46,091 bases of DNA from Candidatus Thorarchaeota archaeon (GCA_020348985.1 CP070761.1:1206448-1252538); one strand, 5' to 3'; positions 1-9,446 are shown, counted from the first letter of the stretch. The notes: generated by a model from the sequence alone, not told the origin. Numbers and translations: made by a program.

Positions 1-1163
1 TCAGTCCTTTTCCACTCTTCTTGGCCGACAGTATAGTAAAAGAGGGTCTTGCCTTGAATACCGTCGCCTCTGAGACATGTGTCAAAGAAGTCTGCATGAT
101 GATGCCAGTGATGCTTGATATCTTTCAGGTCACGATTGATTCGCTTGGGTCTCCGCCGGCCGATCTTGACCGGCTCTGCTGCACCGTGGTTCCAGTCACC
201 AAGAATCGCTATCATTGGATTCTCCAGATTCAGAAACTTGTTGATTACTGCTTCTCCATATCCTGAGTCGTACCAAGAGCAGATCGTATAGATGGGAATC
301 CCTGTGCGTCCCAGGGAGTTAGCATAGGGATAGAGCGATCTTGAAGCTAGGTCCAAACCTTCAGGTGTTGTGTCGTCGCTATAGTCATAGTCTTGCGTCA
401 AGTCATCTACGTATTGATTCTGAGCGTGCTCCTCTACCACAGCTCGGAGTTTGATTTCGTCAGGGTCTGAGTTGACAGGTGTGACACTCCTGAGCAAATA
501 GTAGTATAGAGGCCGTACTTCCTTGAATGCATGACTGCTGTTTAGATCAAGACTTCTTCCAAAGAAAGACCACATTTGCATGAAGCGCTGATCATAGACG
601 CCTCCGGGAAAGACAACGTCTGTATACGCGTCCCAAAATGAATGCAAAGGCATGCATGCACGAGTGGCAGAATGCCCCAGAGCGGCACAGAATTCTGAGG
701 TGCTGCCAACATACGAGACACCAAGAGGAATCACCTCACCATTCGACCAGGGTTGACGGACGATCCAATCAATTATCTCTCTTCCATCCTCAATCTCTGC
801 CTTTGAGAAAGGCCCTTCTGGTCTGTGTCCTGTACTTGCTCCAGTCCCTCGTACATCCACATGAATTGTGGCATAACCCCTGCTGGTAAGGACCTGCGGC
901 ACGGGCCGATTTCCAAACACCTCGTTCACAAACCATCCTAGCGGAGCACGGATTCTTCGCGTCCTCCAATATCGAGTCTGGAAAAGCGCAGCTGGGATTC
1001 TAGTTCCAGAATCCATTCCCTTAGGGAGACAATACGACACGGCAATCTCCACGCCATCCCTCATTGTGATGTACTCGGAATGGACAGTGAGACCTTTGTA
1101 CAGAATCTTCTCCTTATGATCTATGGATGGAAACGGAGTCTCTCTTGAACCATATTCATTCAT
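1..1163 (-). CDS. CocE/NonD family serine hydrolase (Xaa-Pro dipeptidyl-peptidase-like), 3' end runs off the window
   Basis: Absent from the ORF track, presumably because its stop lies outside the window. Manual translation from ATG at 1163 gives MNEYGSRETPFP...YITMRDGVEIAVSYCLP...FQTRYWR, and near 700-780 IDWIVRQPWSNGEVIPLGVSYVG. These are the MRDG, RxxY-like and GxSYxG nucleophile motifs of CocE/NonD. Confidence 0.88.
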   Translation of the reverse strand, partial: MNEYGSRETPFPSIDHKEKILYKGLTVHSEYITMRDGVEIAVSYCLPKGMDSGTRIPAALFQTRYWRTRRIRAPLGWFVNEVFGNRPVPQVLTSRGYATIHVDVRGTGASTGHRPEGPFSKAEIEDGREIIDWIVRQPWSNGEVIPLGVSYVGSTSEFCAALGHSATRACMPLHSFWDAYTDVVFPGGVYDQRFMQMWSFFGRSLDLNSSHAFKEVRPLYYYLLRSVTPVNSDPDEIKLRAVVEEHAQNQYVDDLTQDYDYSDDTTPEGLDLASRSLYPYANSLGRTGIPIYTICSWYDSGYGEAVINKFLNLENPMIAILGDWNHGAAEPVKIGRRRPKRINRDLKDIKHHWHHHADFFDTCLRGDGIQGKTLFYYTVGQEEWKRT

Positions 1164-1283
1164 TCTGTCTTCCGTCCTTCCACTGTGTTATGGCTTTGGT
1201 CGCACTTCGTCTTAAGTCTAGAGGCGCCGAGGGTTCACGTTCCACCCAAAAGATAAATCGAAGGATGTCCCCGAGCCAACGCG

Positions 1284-2321
1284 ATGCCAGAACCCTTCAA
1301 AGTCCTGCAAATCGGATTCGGCACCATTGGAGGTCCGATAGCTAAGGCGATAATCGAACGAGAGAATCTAGAGCTCATGGCCGTCATAGATGTAAATCCT
1401 GATCTTCATGGCAAGTCTGTTGAAGAAATCATGTCTATAGATTCTGAGACTTCAACGGTAATCCACAGCAGCATCGATGCTGCGCTTGGAAAAGACCAGA
1501 CTTCCCCTCCTGATGTTGCACTGGTCATGACACTCTCGGATTTGGAGAAAGTCAGCCCGACCATCATTCAGTGTCTGAGTGTCGGCATGCACGTAGTGTC
1601 TATCTGCGAGGAGTTGTCGTATCCTTTCGAACGACACCCTGAACTATCAAAGAAGATTGATGCTGTCGCACGGGATGCCGGCAAGGCCGTCTTGGGAACT
1701 GGAATCAATCCAGGATACCTCATGGACCTGCTTCCAATTGTGTCAACCGCACCACTTCAGCAGGTAGACACAATTCATGTGACCAGGGTTATTGACTCTG
1801 CAAAGAGACGCGCTTCTTTCCAGAAGAAGGTCGGAACGAGCATGTCAGAGGATGAGTTCAAAGTCGCGATCGAGAACAAGGTAATTACTGGGCATGTTGG
1901 ATTGGTCGAATCAATGCGAATGATCAGTGATGCACTTGGAATGGAGCTGGATCACTTTGAGGAGTTCCCTCCAGAGGCAATCATTGCCTCTGAAGAGACT
2001 GTAACCTCATTCGCCACTGTGGAAGCAGGAAAGGTATTGGGATTGAAGAGCAGAGGCATCGCGGAAAAGAATGGCAAGACTATCATTACTCTGGATTTCA
2101 TTGCACACGCCGGCGCTTCTCCGGAATTCGACGAGATTGAGATTGAAGGATATCCGAATCTAACACAGAGAATCGAAGGCGGTGTAATGGGGGATTATGG
2201 AACGGCAGCTATGGCGATGAACATGATTCCACTTGTCGCTCAGTCTCCTCCTGGCCTCTACACAATGAAAGACTTGCCCGTTCCTCGTAACACTCAAAGG
2301 TTCTGGAAGAACTCAGACTAG
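1284..2321 (+). CDS. NAD(P)-dependent amine dehydrogenase, 2,4-diaminopentanoate dehydrogenase (Ord)/DapB-like family
   Basis: N-terminal Rossmann motif IGFGTIG; VVSICEEL and GTGINPGYLMD motifs; C-terminal GDYGTAA...PPGL. Confidence 0.8.
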   Translation: MPEPFKVLQIGFGTIGGPIAKAIIERENLELMAVIDVNPDLHGKSVEEIMSIDSETSTVIHSSIDAALGKDQTSPPDVALVMTLSDLEKVSPTIIQCLSVGMHVVSICEELSYPFERHPELSKKIDAVARDAGKAVLGTGINPGYLMDLLPIVSTAPLQQVDTIHVTRVIDSAKRRASFQKKVGTSMSEDEFKVAIENKVITGHVGLVESMRMISDALGMELDHFEEFPPEAIIASEETVTSFATVEAGKVLGLKSRGIAEKNGKTIITLDFIAHAGASPEFDEIEIEGYPNLTQRIEGGVMGDYGTAAMAMNMIPLVAQSPPGLYTMKDLPVPRNTQRFWKNSD

Positions 2322-2365
2322 TTGCTATAGAGATTCTTCTCCGAAAAGATAGGAGGCATTGAAAG

Positions 2366-3664
2366 ATGCTTGACAAGTACAAGAGTAGCTCCCCAAAATC
2401 CGGAAATCTTTGGAGGCGCGCACTACAGGTGTTTCCTGGAGGAGTCAACCACAACATCAGGACCTTTGGACTTGATAGTTGCGGCGCCTATCCTCCGTAT
2501 GTCTCAAAGGGCCAAGGGAGTCATATCTGGGACGTAGATGGAAACGAATACGTTGACTGGTGGATGACGCACTACGCGCAGATACTGGGTCACAATGATC
2601 CAAATGTGCGAAAAGCCTTGAAGGATCAGATTGAAAGAGGACTTCATTTTGGAGCACCGAACGAGAGTCAGGTCATTCTTGCTGAGAAGCTGGCCGAAGC
2701 AATCCCGTTCATGGAGAAGATGCGTTTCTGTTCTACTGGCGCAGAGTCGACTATGTACGCCGTCAGACTGGCACGTCTCTTCACAAAGAGGCGCCTTGTG
2801 GCCAAGACTCTAGGCGGTTGGCACGGCGGAAACGATTCTCTCGGATACCATCTCAAGCACCCATTCACCGACGCACCCTTCTTTGATGGAGTCTCATTCA
2901 ACTTCAATGATATAGATAGTTTCGACTCGCTCCTAGCTGAAAACGGAAATGAGTTGGCCGCAGTTGTCATTGAACCAGTCCAAGGAGCTGGAGGTGCGCT
3001 CGAACCTGAATCAGGATTCCTACCCTACATACGCGAAGAGACGGAGAAAAGGGGCATAATCCTGATCTATGACGAGATCATCTCCGGCTTTCGTTTTTGT
3101 TACGGCTCAGCCGGTGACAAGCTGTTTAGCACTGTTCCGGACATGATAACACTCGGAAAGATAGCTGGGGGCGGGATGCATCTTGGTGTGTATGGCGGGA
3201 GAGAGGACATCATGTCCTTGGCAACGCCAGGCATTGAGGGTGGAAGATGGGTCGGCGGAGGAACTTTCTCTAGCCATCCATTGGCCATGGCTGCGGGCTC
3301 AGTCACACTCGACGAACTCCGGTCTAGAAGAGACAAATACGATTCACTTAATCGAAAGGCAACTGACTTCAGGGCCAAGGTCAACGCGGTCTTTGATGGA
3401 CTGAGGGCAAGAGCGATATCGACTGGCTATGGTTCGTTGACTTACATCCATTGGCTTCACACTGACCTGGGAGAACCACCATTTACAGGAAGAGATCTTT
3501 CAGCCGCATCAGACCACGATACAATGGACAAGTTCCAAGGACTTCTGATGCAGGAGGGGATATTTGGATATCACGGACTTGGAGCATTGTCATTCTCTCA
3601 CTCAGATGATGACATAGGATCTACGCTTTCAGCGATAGAGTCTGTTAGCAAGAGTATGGTCTGA
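2366..3664 (+). CDS. Class III PLP aminotransferase (glutamate-1-semialdehyde aminomutase-like)
   Basis: PGGV, WDVDGNEYVD, STGAES, YDEIISGFR, TLGKIAGGG (PLP lysine), GGTFSSHP. Confidence 0.88.
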   Translation: MLDKYKSSSPKSGNLWRRALQVFPGGVNHNIRTFGLDSCGAYPPYVSKGQGSHIWDVDGNEYVDWWMTHYAQILGHNDPNVRKALKDQIERGLHFGAPNESQVILAEKLAEAIPFMEKMRFCSTGAESTMYAVRLARLFTKRRLVAKTLGGWHGGNDSLGYHLKHPFTDAPFFDGVSFNFNDIDSFDSLLAENGNELAAVVIEPVQGAGGALEPESGFLPYIREETEKRGIILIYDEIISGFRFCYGSAGDKLFSTVPDMITLGKIAGGGMHLGVYGGREDIMSLATPGIEGGRWVGGGTFSSHPLAMAAGSVTLDELRSRRDKYDSLNRKATDFRAKVNAVFDGLRARAISTGYGSLTYIHWLHTDLGEPPFTGRDLSAASDHDTMDKFQGLLMQEGIFGYHGLGALSFSHSDDDIGSTLSAIESVSKSMV

Positions 3665-3785
3665 AGTAGAGACATAGCTCACTCAGTTTGAGCCATAGCC
3701 TTAATTCGCTCGACAACTTCCATCAAATCCATATTGCAGCGATGAATTGAATCTCAATGCCTGTGAAAGATTGGAATGGACGACA

Positions 3786-5060
3786 ATGCAGCATGAAACT
3801 GTGAAGGCCAAGTCGCTTCTATCAAAGCCCATAGTGGCTGACGCATGGTTTCATGTCAACCGATCGATGAATGCCTACCGAGGGTGTGAGCACGGCTGTG
3901 TCTACTGTGACGGGATGGCTGAACACTATCATGTTGACAATTTCACCACACACATTAGAATCAAGGAGAACGCCGCAAAGGTACTGAGACGTGAACTGAA
4001 GAAGGATGGATATACATCTCAAACAGAGCTAGAGACCGAGACACTTTGGAGGTTCATGGACCCCGAAGATGCCAAGAGGATGGCTCTCAGAGTCCCCAGA
4101 AAGAAGGTCATTGGCGTCTGTGGAGGAGTCTCTGACGGCTATCAGCCAGCAGAGAAAGAACACAAGATAACTCGTCAGGTCTTGGAGACTCTGCTCGACT
4201 TCCGAATGCCAGTTTTTGTCTTGACAAAGTCAGATTTGGTCCTTAGAGACCTCGATCTTCTGAAAGAGATAAACGAGAGTGCATTTGCCAACATCATGTT
4301 CACGATTACTCTCAGTGACGAAAAGCAAAGAGGGATATTCGAGCCAAAGGCATCGTCAACTCCCGAAAGGTTTGCGGCGCTGAAAGAAATCCGTAAAGCA
4401 GGACTGCCCGGCGGTGTCATGGCCACTCCGATCATACCGACAATTGGAGACAATCTGGAGAACATGACTGCTCTTGCAAAGGAAGCAAAGAGAGCAAAGG
4501 CCGAGTTCATTCAATTTGGTGGAATGACTCTCAAGCCAGGGCGGCAAAAGGGGTACTTCCTTCGAGTTATCAAGAGGAGATTCCCAGACAAGCTTTCAGA
4601 GATCTCCAATATCTACGCTAACAACAACAAGTACGGAACTCCCGACTGGAAACGGCTGCCTGTCAATGTCATGCTTCGTGGCTACAAGGTCTGCAGATCG
4701 GTTGGGATTCGAGACCGGTCTGTCCGCAACAAGCTAAAGAGCGAACCAGACTCAAATAATGCCGTTCTGGGAGTACTTCTTGACATCGAGTTCTACATGA
4801 GATACATGCTGGGAATGCCTTGGAACAAAATCAGGCCGTTTCATGAACTGTCAGCGCGGATTGAACGTGGAATTGAGGACCTGGTAGAACTTCGCAGAGA
4901 GGGACAGTTGAAGAGTCGCCTTCTTATCACTGACAGAATGGTTTCAATTGTGGAGGAGATCATGGACACTGGTTCCTGCAGATACATACAGGATCTCGTT
5001 CAGAAGACGGACTCAAAGGTTGCTGGCGAGACTGTCTTTGTCGCGTTCCCAGATGAATAA
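3786..5060 (+). CDS. SPL-like (spore photoproduct lyase/Rv2578c family) radical SAM protein with C-terminal PolX 8-kDa HhH-like domain
   Basis: NAYRGCEHGCVYC (CxxxCxxC), SDGYQPAE, LTKSDLVLRDLD, FEPKASSTPERF. Start set at ATG 3786 rather than the track's TTG 3747. Confidence 0.85.
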   Translation: MQHETVKAKSLLSKPIVADAWFHVNRSMNAYRGCEHGCVYCDGMAEHYHVDNFTTHIRIKENAAKVLRRELKKDGYTSQTELETETLWRFMDPEDAKRMALRVPRKKVIGVCGGVSDGYQPAEKEHKITRQVLETLLDFRMPVFVLTKSDLVLRDLDLLKEINESAFANIMFTITLSDEKQRGIFEPKASSTPERFAALKEIRKAGLPGGVMATPIIPTIGDNLENMTALAKEAKRAKAEFIQFGGMTLKPGRQKGYFLRVIKRRFPDKLSEISNIYANNNKYGTPDWKRLPVNVMLRGYKVCRSVGIRDRSVRNKLKSEPDSNNAVLGVLLDIEFYMRYMLGMPWNKIRPFHELSARIERGIEDLVELRREGQLKSRLLITDRMVSIVEEIMDTGSCRYIQDLVQKTDSKVAGETVFVAFPDE

Positions 5061-5086
5061 GGTTCACTTCTCTGAGAGAGAATCTC

Positions 5087-5350
5087 TTACTTCCAGGCCG
5101 GCATCTTTGCCATGTACTCGTCTGTCTTCTCTTCAGCGATAGACCGATCGATGTTCTCTCTTGACATCCAGAATCGCACCATTTGCTCTCTTACGACATT
5201 CCGTTCCTTGAGACTGCCATCTTCGTTGCTGCAATAGACACAGCTCTTGTTGCCAACTTTCTGGCCACCATACTCCTCTGGCTTGGTCATCGTCATTCCG
5301 CATGAAATGCAAGCTTTCGTCAAATGATTCACCATCAGCGAGTTGTTCAA
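5087..5350 (-). CDS. Small zinc-ribbon protein (CxSCGM...CxYC)
   Basis: CISCGM...SCVYC...DG and a C-terminal MPAWK. True start is probably a few codons downstream of 5350. Confidence 0.75.
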   Translation of the reverse strand: MNNSLMVNHLTKACISCGMTMTKPEEYGGQKVGNKSCVYCSNEDGSLKERNVVREQMVRFWMSRENIDRSIAEEKTDEYMAKMPAWK

Positions 5351-5408
5351 ATCTGTAGATAAGGAGCTATCCGGAAAAACCTATAGGCATAAGTGCAAAT
5401 AGCTCCAT

Positions 5409-6266
5409 ATGCCTTCGCGAGACCAGGTCCGAGACCAGATCATGATGATGCTTGACAGAGCGCCGTGTCACGGATATGAGCTGAGACGTCAGCTGATACC
5501 GACAGTCGGTGACGTAGAAATCACCAAGCTCTATCGAATTCTTCGTGACATGGAGAAGGAAGGTCTGGTTAACAGTGAGGAGTTCAAGGGTCCTCACGGA
5601 CCCAAGAGACGAGTATACACCGTCGGGCCAACAGGAGAAAGGCGTCTCCAGACAATGCTTGGGGAGGCAATCGGTGTAGTCCTTCATTTCTACGACGCAT
5701 TCAGACACTTCTCAATGATCGAAGAGTTCGGAAAGGCTGAGTCGATGCAGTTTGAGGTGCCGGACGGCAAGGTCCTTGTGAGCATCCTATCTCCACTCAT
5801 GTACCGTGAAACGGGAACGGTTCAGATTCTTGAGCAATGGGGAGAAACGAGACCGTTACACGTCTTGGGCGATTCTGGAATCTGGGAGCAGAAGAAGGCG
5901 AAGTTTGAGCGAGTTGAAGGACTTCCATGGAATGTCTCATCCAAGAGCACACAGTTCAAAGAGTTCTGGATTCTGGGTACCCCGCCTAGGTCTCTCCTGC
6001 CACGGACTATCATGGAGGCCAAGCGGATTCTCGAGCCCGAGGGAATTCTGAGAATGATTGCACCGTTTGCATTCTTTGATGAACCATCCGCCCCGTCGCT
6101 TGAATCATTCATTCGCGTGTCTGCAACTCATAGATTCCCCGAGTTGGGAGTAGTCGAAGGGCAGGAGATCTGTAACGTCTTCGAACAGCTCTTTGAGAAA
6201 TGGGGGACGATCAAATTCCGACCGGGCATGGTCGAGTTCTGGGGAATGAAACAGCCAGCTGATTAG
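5409..6266 (+). CDS. PadR-family transcriptional regulator with C-terminal methyltransferase-like domain
   Basis: HGYEL...LYRILRDMEKEGLV...GPKRRVYTVGPTG (PadR wHTH). C-terminal EAKRILEPEGILRM resembles the class I MTase ExxRxLxPGG motif. Confidence 0.8.
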   Translation: MPSRDQVRDQIMMMLDRAPCHGYELRRQLIPTVGDVEITKLYRILRDMEKEGLVNSEEFKGPHGPKRRVYTVGPTGERRLQTMLGEAIGVVLHFYDAFRHFSMIEEFGKAESMQFEVPDGKVLVSILSPLMYRETGTVQILEQWGETRPLHVLGDSGIWEQKKAKFERVEGLPWNVSSKSTQFKEFWILGTPPRSLLPRTIMEAKRILEPEGILRMIAPFAFFDEPSAPSLESFIRVSATHRFPELGVVEGQEICNVFEQLFEKWGTIKFRPGMVEFWGMKQPAD

Positions 6267-7109
6267 GTGGGATGGTGTTTGCCTGGCAAGGTCAGTGTTC
6301 AAGAAGTTGAAGCAAAGAGCATCATGAATCGTAGCAGAATTCCCACAGTGGACTATGCAATCAATCCTTACACGGGATGCCAACATGGTTGTGTATACTG
6401 CTATGCGCGATTCATGAAACGGTATACTGGTCACATCAATGATGAATGGGGTAGTTTTGTTGACGTCAAGATCAATGGCCCGACTCTGCTTGAGCGGCAA
6501 CTAGGTAGAAGAAGAGAATCGTCAAGAGACAGGGTTGTTCTTTCAACTGTAACGGACCCATACCAGCCACAAGAACGGGAATACGAGATAACGCGGAGAT
6601 GCTTGGAAATTCTTGGGAGATACGACTTTCCGACATCTATCTTGACGAAGTCTGATCTGGTAATGCGTGACGAGGACTTGTTGAGTCAGATTCCTGAGGC
6701 TGAAGTGGGTGCGACGATAATCACTTTGGATGAACGTGTTCGCCGGGTCTTCGAGGCAGGTGCTACTCCTTCTGAACGAAGAGTCAATGCCCTTCGAAGA
6801 TTCTCACAGGCAGGCATACAGACCTATGCGTTTCTCGGCCCGATTATCCCAATCCTAAGCACTCCTTCACTTGATGACCTCATTAGGATGCTTGGGGACA
6901 TTGGAGTATCACACGTCCTCATCGACAGACTCAACATCAAGTATGGAAACAAGCCTCTTGTTGAGAAAGCATTGACCACGCACTTCCCAACGCAGGCACA
7001 GGAAGTACTGTATGCACTCCAGCCGTCAAGCATTTACTACATGGATCTCAAAGACATGATTGAGGATCTTTGCATGACTTATGGTGTGAAGCCGGACATT
7101 ATCTTCTAG
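6267..7109 (+). CDS. SPL-family radical SAM protein
   Basis: INPYTGCQHGCVYCYA, STVTDPYQPQE, LTKSDLV. Start is GTG 6267 or TTG 6279. Confidence 0.88.
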   Translation: MGWCLPGKVSVQEVEAKSIMNRSRIPTVDYAINPYTGCQHGCVYCYARFMKRYTGHINDEWGSFVDVKINGPTLLERQLGRRRESSRDRVVLSTVTDPYQPQEREYEITRRCLEILGRYDFPTSILTKSDLVMRDEDLLSQIPEAEVGATIITLDERVRRVFEAGATPSERRVNALRRFSQAGIQTYAFLGPIIPILSTPSLDDLIRMLGDIGVSHVLIDRLNIKYGNKPLVEKALTTHFPTQAQEVLYALQPSSIYYMDLKDMIEDLCMTYGVKPDIIF

Positions 7110-7185
7110 TTGGACGATTTCCTCAATGTGACCGCTTATTACCAAAGCAAAGAAGTCTTGACAGTCTAGTGTTGGAGGAATCTGA

Positions 7186-8037
7186 ATGGCTATCAGACCT
7201 GCAAAGAGAGTTTCGAGAAGCAACCCCACAATGGAAGGAGCAGGTGTCCGCCTGAAACGAGTTTTTGGATACTACGATGTACCCCACCTCGATCCGTTTC
7301 TTCTTTTGGATCACTTTGGTTCGGAGAATCCTGATGATTACCTAGCTGGTTTTCCCTGGCACCCCCACAGAGGCATCGAGACAATAACCCTGATGCTCAA
7401 CGGAGAGGTCGAGCATGGTGACAGTCTTGGTAATGGCGGAGTCATTGGTTCTTGTGATTGTCAGTGGATGACAGCGGGAAGCGGCATCATTCATCAGGAG
7501 ATGCCCAAGCGGACTGAGGGACTGATGAGAGGCTTTCAGCTCTGGGCAAACCTACCGGCTTCACATAAGATGATGGAGCCACGATATCGAGACGTAAGGA
7601 AGGAAAACATACCGAACGTCTCACCAGACAAAGGTGTAAGCCTGGACGTAATCTGCGGAGAGCTCGAAGGAACCTCGGGTCCCGTGAAAGACATTGTGAC
7701 TGATCCTGAGTACTTCAATGTGAGAATGGATGCCTCTACCGAATTCATTCACAACGTGGACGCTGACCACAATGTCTTCGCGTTCGTCTACGAAGGAGAC
7801 GCCTTCTTTGGACCTAACGGAGAAACTCGAGCGGAGGCTGATCAATTGGTCCTTTTTGATGAAGGAGACGAGGTATACATCAAGGCAGGCAGCAGCGATT
7901 TGAGATTCCTGCTTGTCTCCGGTAAGCCGATTGGCGAACCGGTTGCATGGCGAGGTCCTATTGTAATGAACACGAACGAGGAGCTTCGTATTGCTTTCTC
8001 GGAGTACAGGGATGGCACCTTCATCAAACACAAATAA
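7186..8037 (+). CDS. Pirin family protein
   Basis: EGAGV, DPFLLLDHF, HPHRGIET, WMTAGSGIIHQE, FQLWANLP, GPIVMNT. Confidence 0.95.
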   Translation: MAIRPAKRVSRSNPTMEGAGVRLKRVFGYYDVPHLDPFLLLDHFGSENPDDYLAGFPWHPHRGIETITLMLNGEVEHGDSLGNGGVIGSCDCQWMTAGSGIIHQEMPKRTEGLMRGFQLWANLPASHKMMEPRYRDVRKENIPNVSPDKGVSLDVICGELEGTSGPVKDIVTDPEYFNVRMDASTEFIHNVDADHNVFAFVYEGDAFFGPNGETRAEADQLVLFDEGDEVYIKAGSSDLRFLLVSGKPIGEPVAWRGPIVMNTNEELRIAFSEYRDGTFIKHK

Positions 8038-8388
8038 CTGGTCAACCGCGCACCCGGATGGAGATACCTCTCGCTGCTATACACAGCTACTGCAAATACA
8101 CCCAGTGTGGAAACACGGAACCGAGAAACATAGGAATGCAGGTCAACTGCATTGCTGAGATTATTCCTCCAGGTGATCCCTTCTACCGCTATATGCGAAT
8201 CATGTTGTACCTTTATGGAAGACGGTATCTCGATTTATGAGAGGCGATTTATCCTTGTGCCTACAAGCTCTGGATATCAGAAGTGAAGGAGAAGTCGCTG
8301 ACTCACAGAGAAGGTTTCTATTGACGCAAGTTGATTGCTCTGAGACTAACTGATTTGGTGATTACTAGAAAGGATCTTCTCGAGTGAG

Positions 8389-8823
8389 ATGAAGGAATAT
8401 CCCGAGTCAATCAATCTTGAGGACGTATGGAAACTCTTCAAGGGCTTTCCATTGATTCACTTTGCGACAGTGGACAATGAACAACCCAGAGTCAGAACGA
8501 TGGCTCTAATTGAGCAGGCAGACAGGCTTTGGATAGCCACTAAGACCTCTTGGGCCAAGGTCGAACAGCTGAAGGCAAACAGCAACGCAGAATTCGTGAT
8601 GGGCACTCAAGCTGATGGAAAACCAGGCTGTCTTCGAGTCACTGTTATCACGCGGATTGAAAATGACAAAGATACGAAAAGAATCTTCTCAGAGTATATT
8701 CCATGGTTTGAATCGTATTGGGATTCACATAGAGATCCTGAGTTTACCCTTGTTGAGTTGCTCCCACAGCATATCCGTTATGACAACCCAGAGGATGGTT
8801 TGAAGTACACAGTGAAGCTATAG
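8389..8823 (+). CDS. Pyridoxamine 5'-phosphate oxidase-like FMN-binding split-barrel protein
   Basis: FATVDNEQPRVR, KVEQLKANSNAE, W..YW...DPEF. Confidence 0.82.
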   Translation: MKEYPESINLEDVWKLFKGFPLIHFATVDNEQPRVRTMALIEQADRLWIATKTSWAKVEQLKANSNAEFVMGTQADGKPGCLRVTVITRIENDKDTKRIFSEYIPWFESYWDSHRDPEFTLVELLPQHIRYDNPEDGLKYTVKL

Positions 8824-8878
8824 GCATTGCACAGAGTCACTACTGCCTAGCAGTGGATTTGATTTCCATCCCTCCGTG

Positions 8879-9201
8879 CTATTGAGCTCTGAATACAGGC
8901 TCCTTTGGCCAGACGCCAGTCCTCTGACAGACACCCAGTATGTGGCTGCAGATTAGGCGATGCTTGAAGATTGGGCAGTTGCAGTGATATTGGCCTTTCG
9001 TAATGTCACGTTGTATCTGCCATGCTTTGGAGAATAAACAGCGAAGCGGCAGTACTCCCATTCTCCTTGGGTGTTCTTCTCCCCCTCGACAAACTGTATC
9101 CTCTTGGATTGACGGAGGTGCGATTTGCTTGTCCTATATCTACTAGCGACAAGTCGATCTTTCCTGATCCACTCTGCTATCCATTCAGGCAAATCCAACA
9201 T
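8879..9201 (-). pseudogene. SWIM zinc-finger protein split by a single-base frameshift near 8995
   Basis: The frame starting at ATG 9201 reads ...GRYNVTLRK. The adjacent frame continues KGQYHCNCPIFKHRLICSHILGV (SWIM CxC-xn-CxH). Minus-strand junction is CGA AAG GCC AA. Confidence 0.7.
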
Positions 9202-9446
9202 CAGATCCTCGTATACGGAGAAGCGGGATGCTTACATCGATTGCGGTTGGTAGAATCGAGACGAGATGGCTGCATAGGGGTTTCTTTCAAAGACCTGAGT
9301 CGGAAGATGCTGAATCTATACATCTCAAACTACCTTAAGAGAAGAGCTTGTTCAATTCATCACACGCCCAACCCACACGGAATGCTGAGACTACAAACGC
9401 CGGCTCTGTCATTTTCACAGAAACACTTAGACTAGGTGCCCAGCAA

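Noticed and set aside
21-889. Short + strand ORFs (21-266, 638-889) and the minus ORF 542-724
   Set aside because: They are shadows of the minus-strand CocE/NonD gene at 1-1163.
2366-3664. Assigning the symbol hemL
   Set aside because: HemL-like class III paralogues are common and no tetrapyrrole genes are nearby.
7947-8388. ORF 7947-8240 and the hairpin AATGCAG-GTCAA-CTGCATT (8135-8153)
   Set aside because: The ORF overlaps pirin and has no recognisable motif. A single 7-bp stem is expected by chance.
9022-9435. 137-aa + strand ORF
   Set aside because: Antisense to the SWIM gene and spans a probable divergent promoter region; no motifs.
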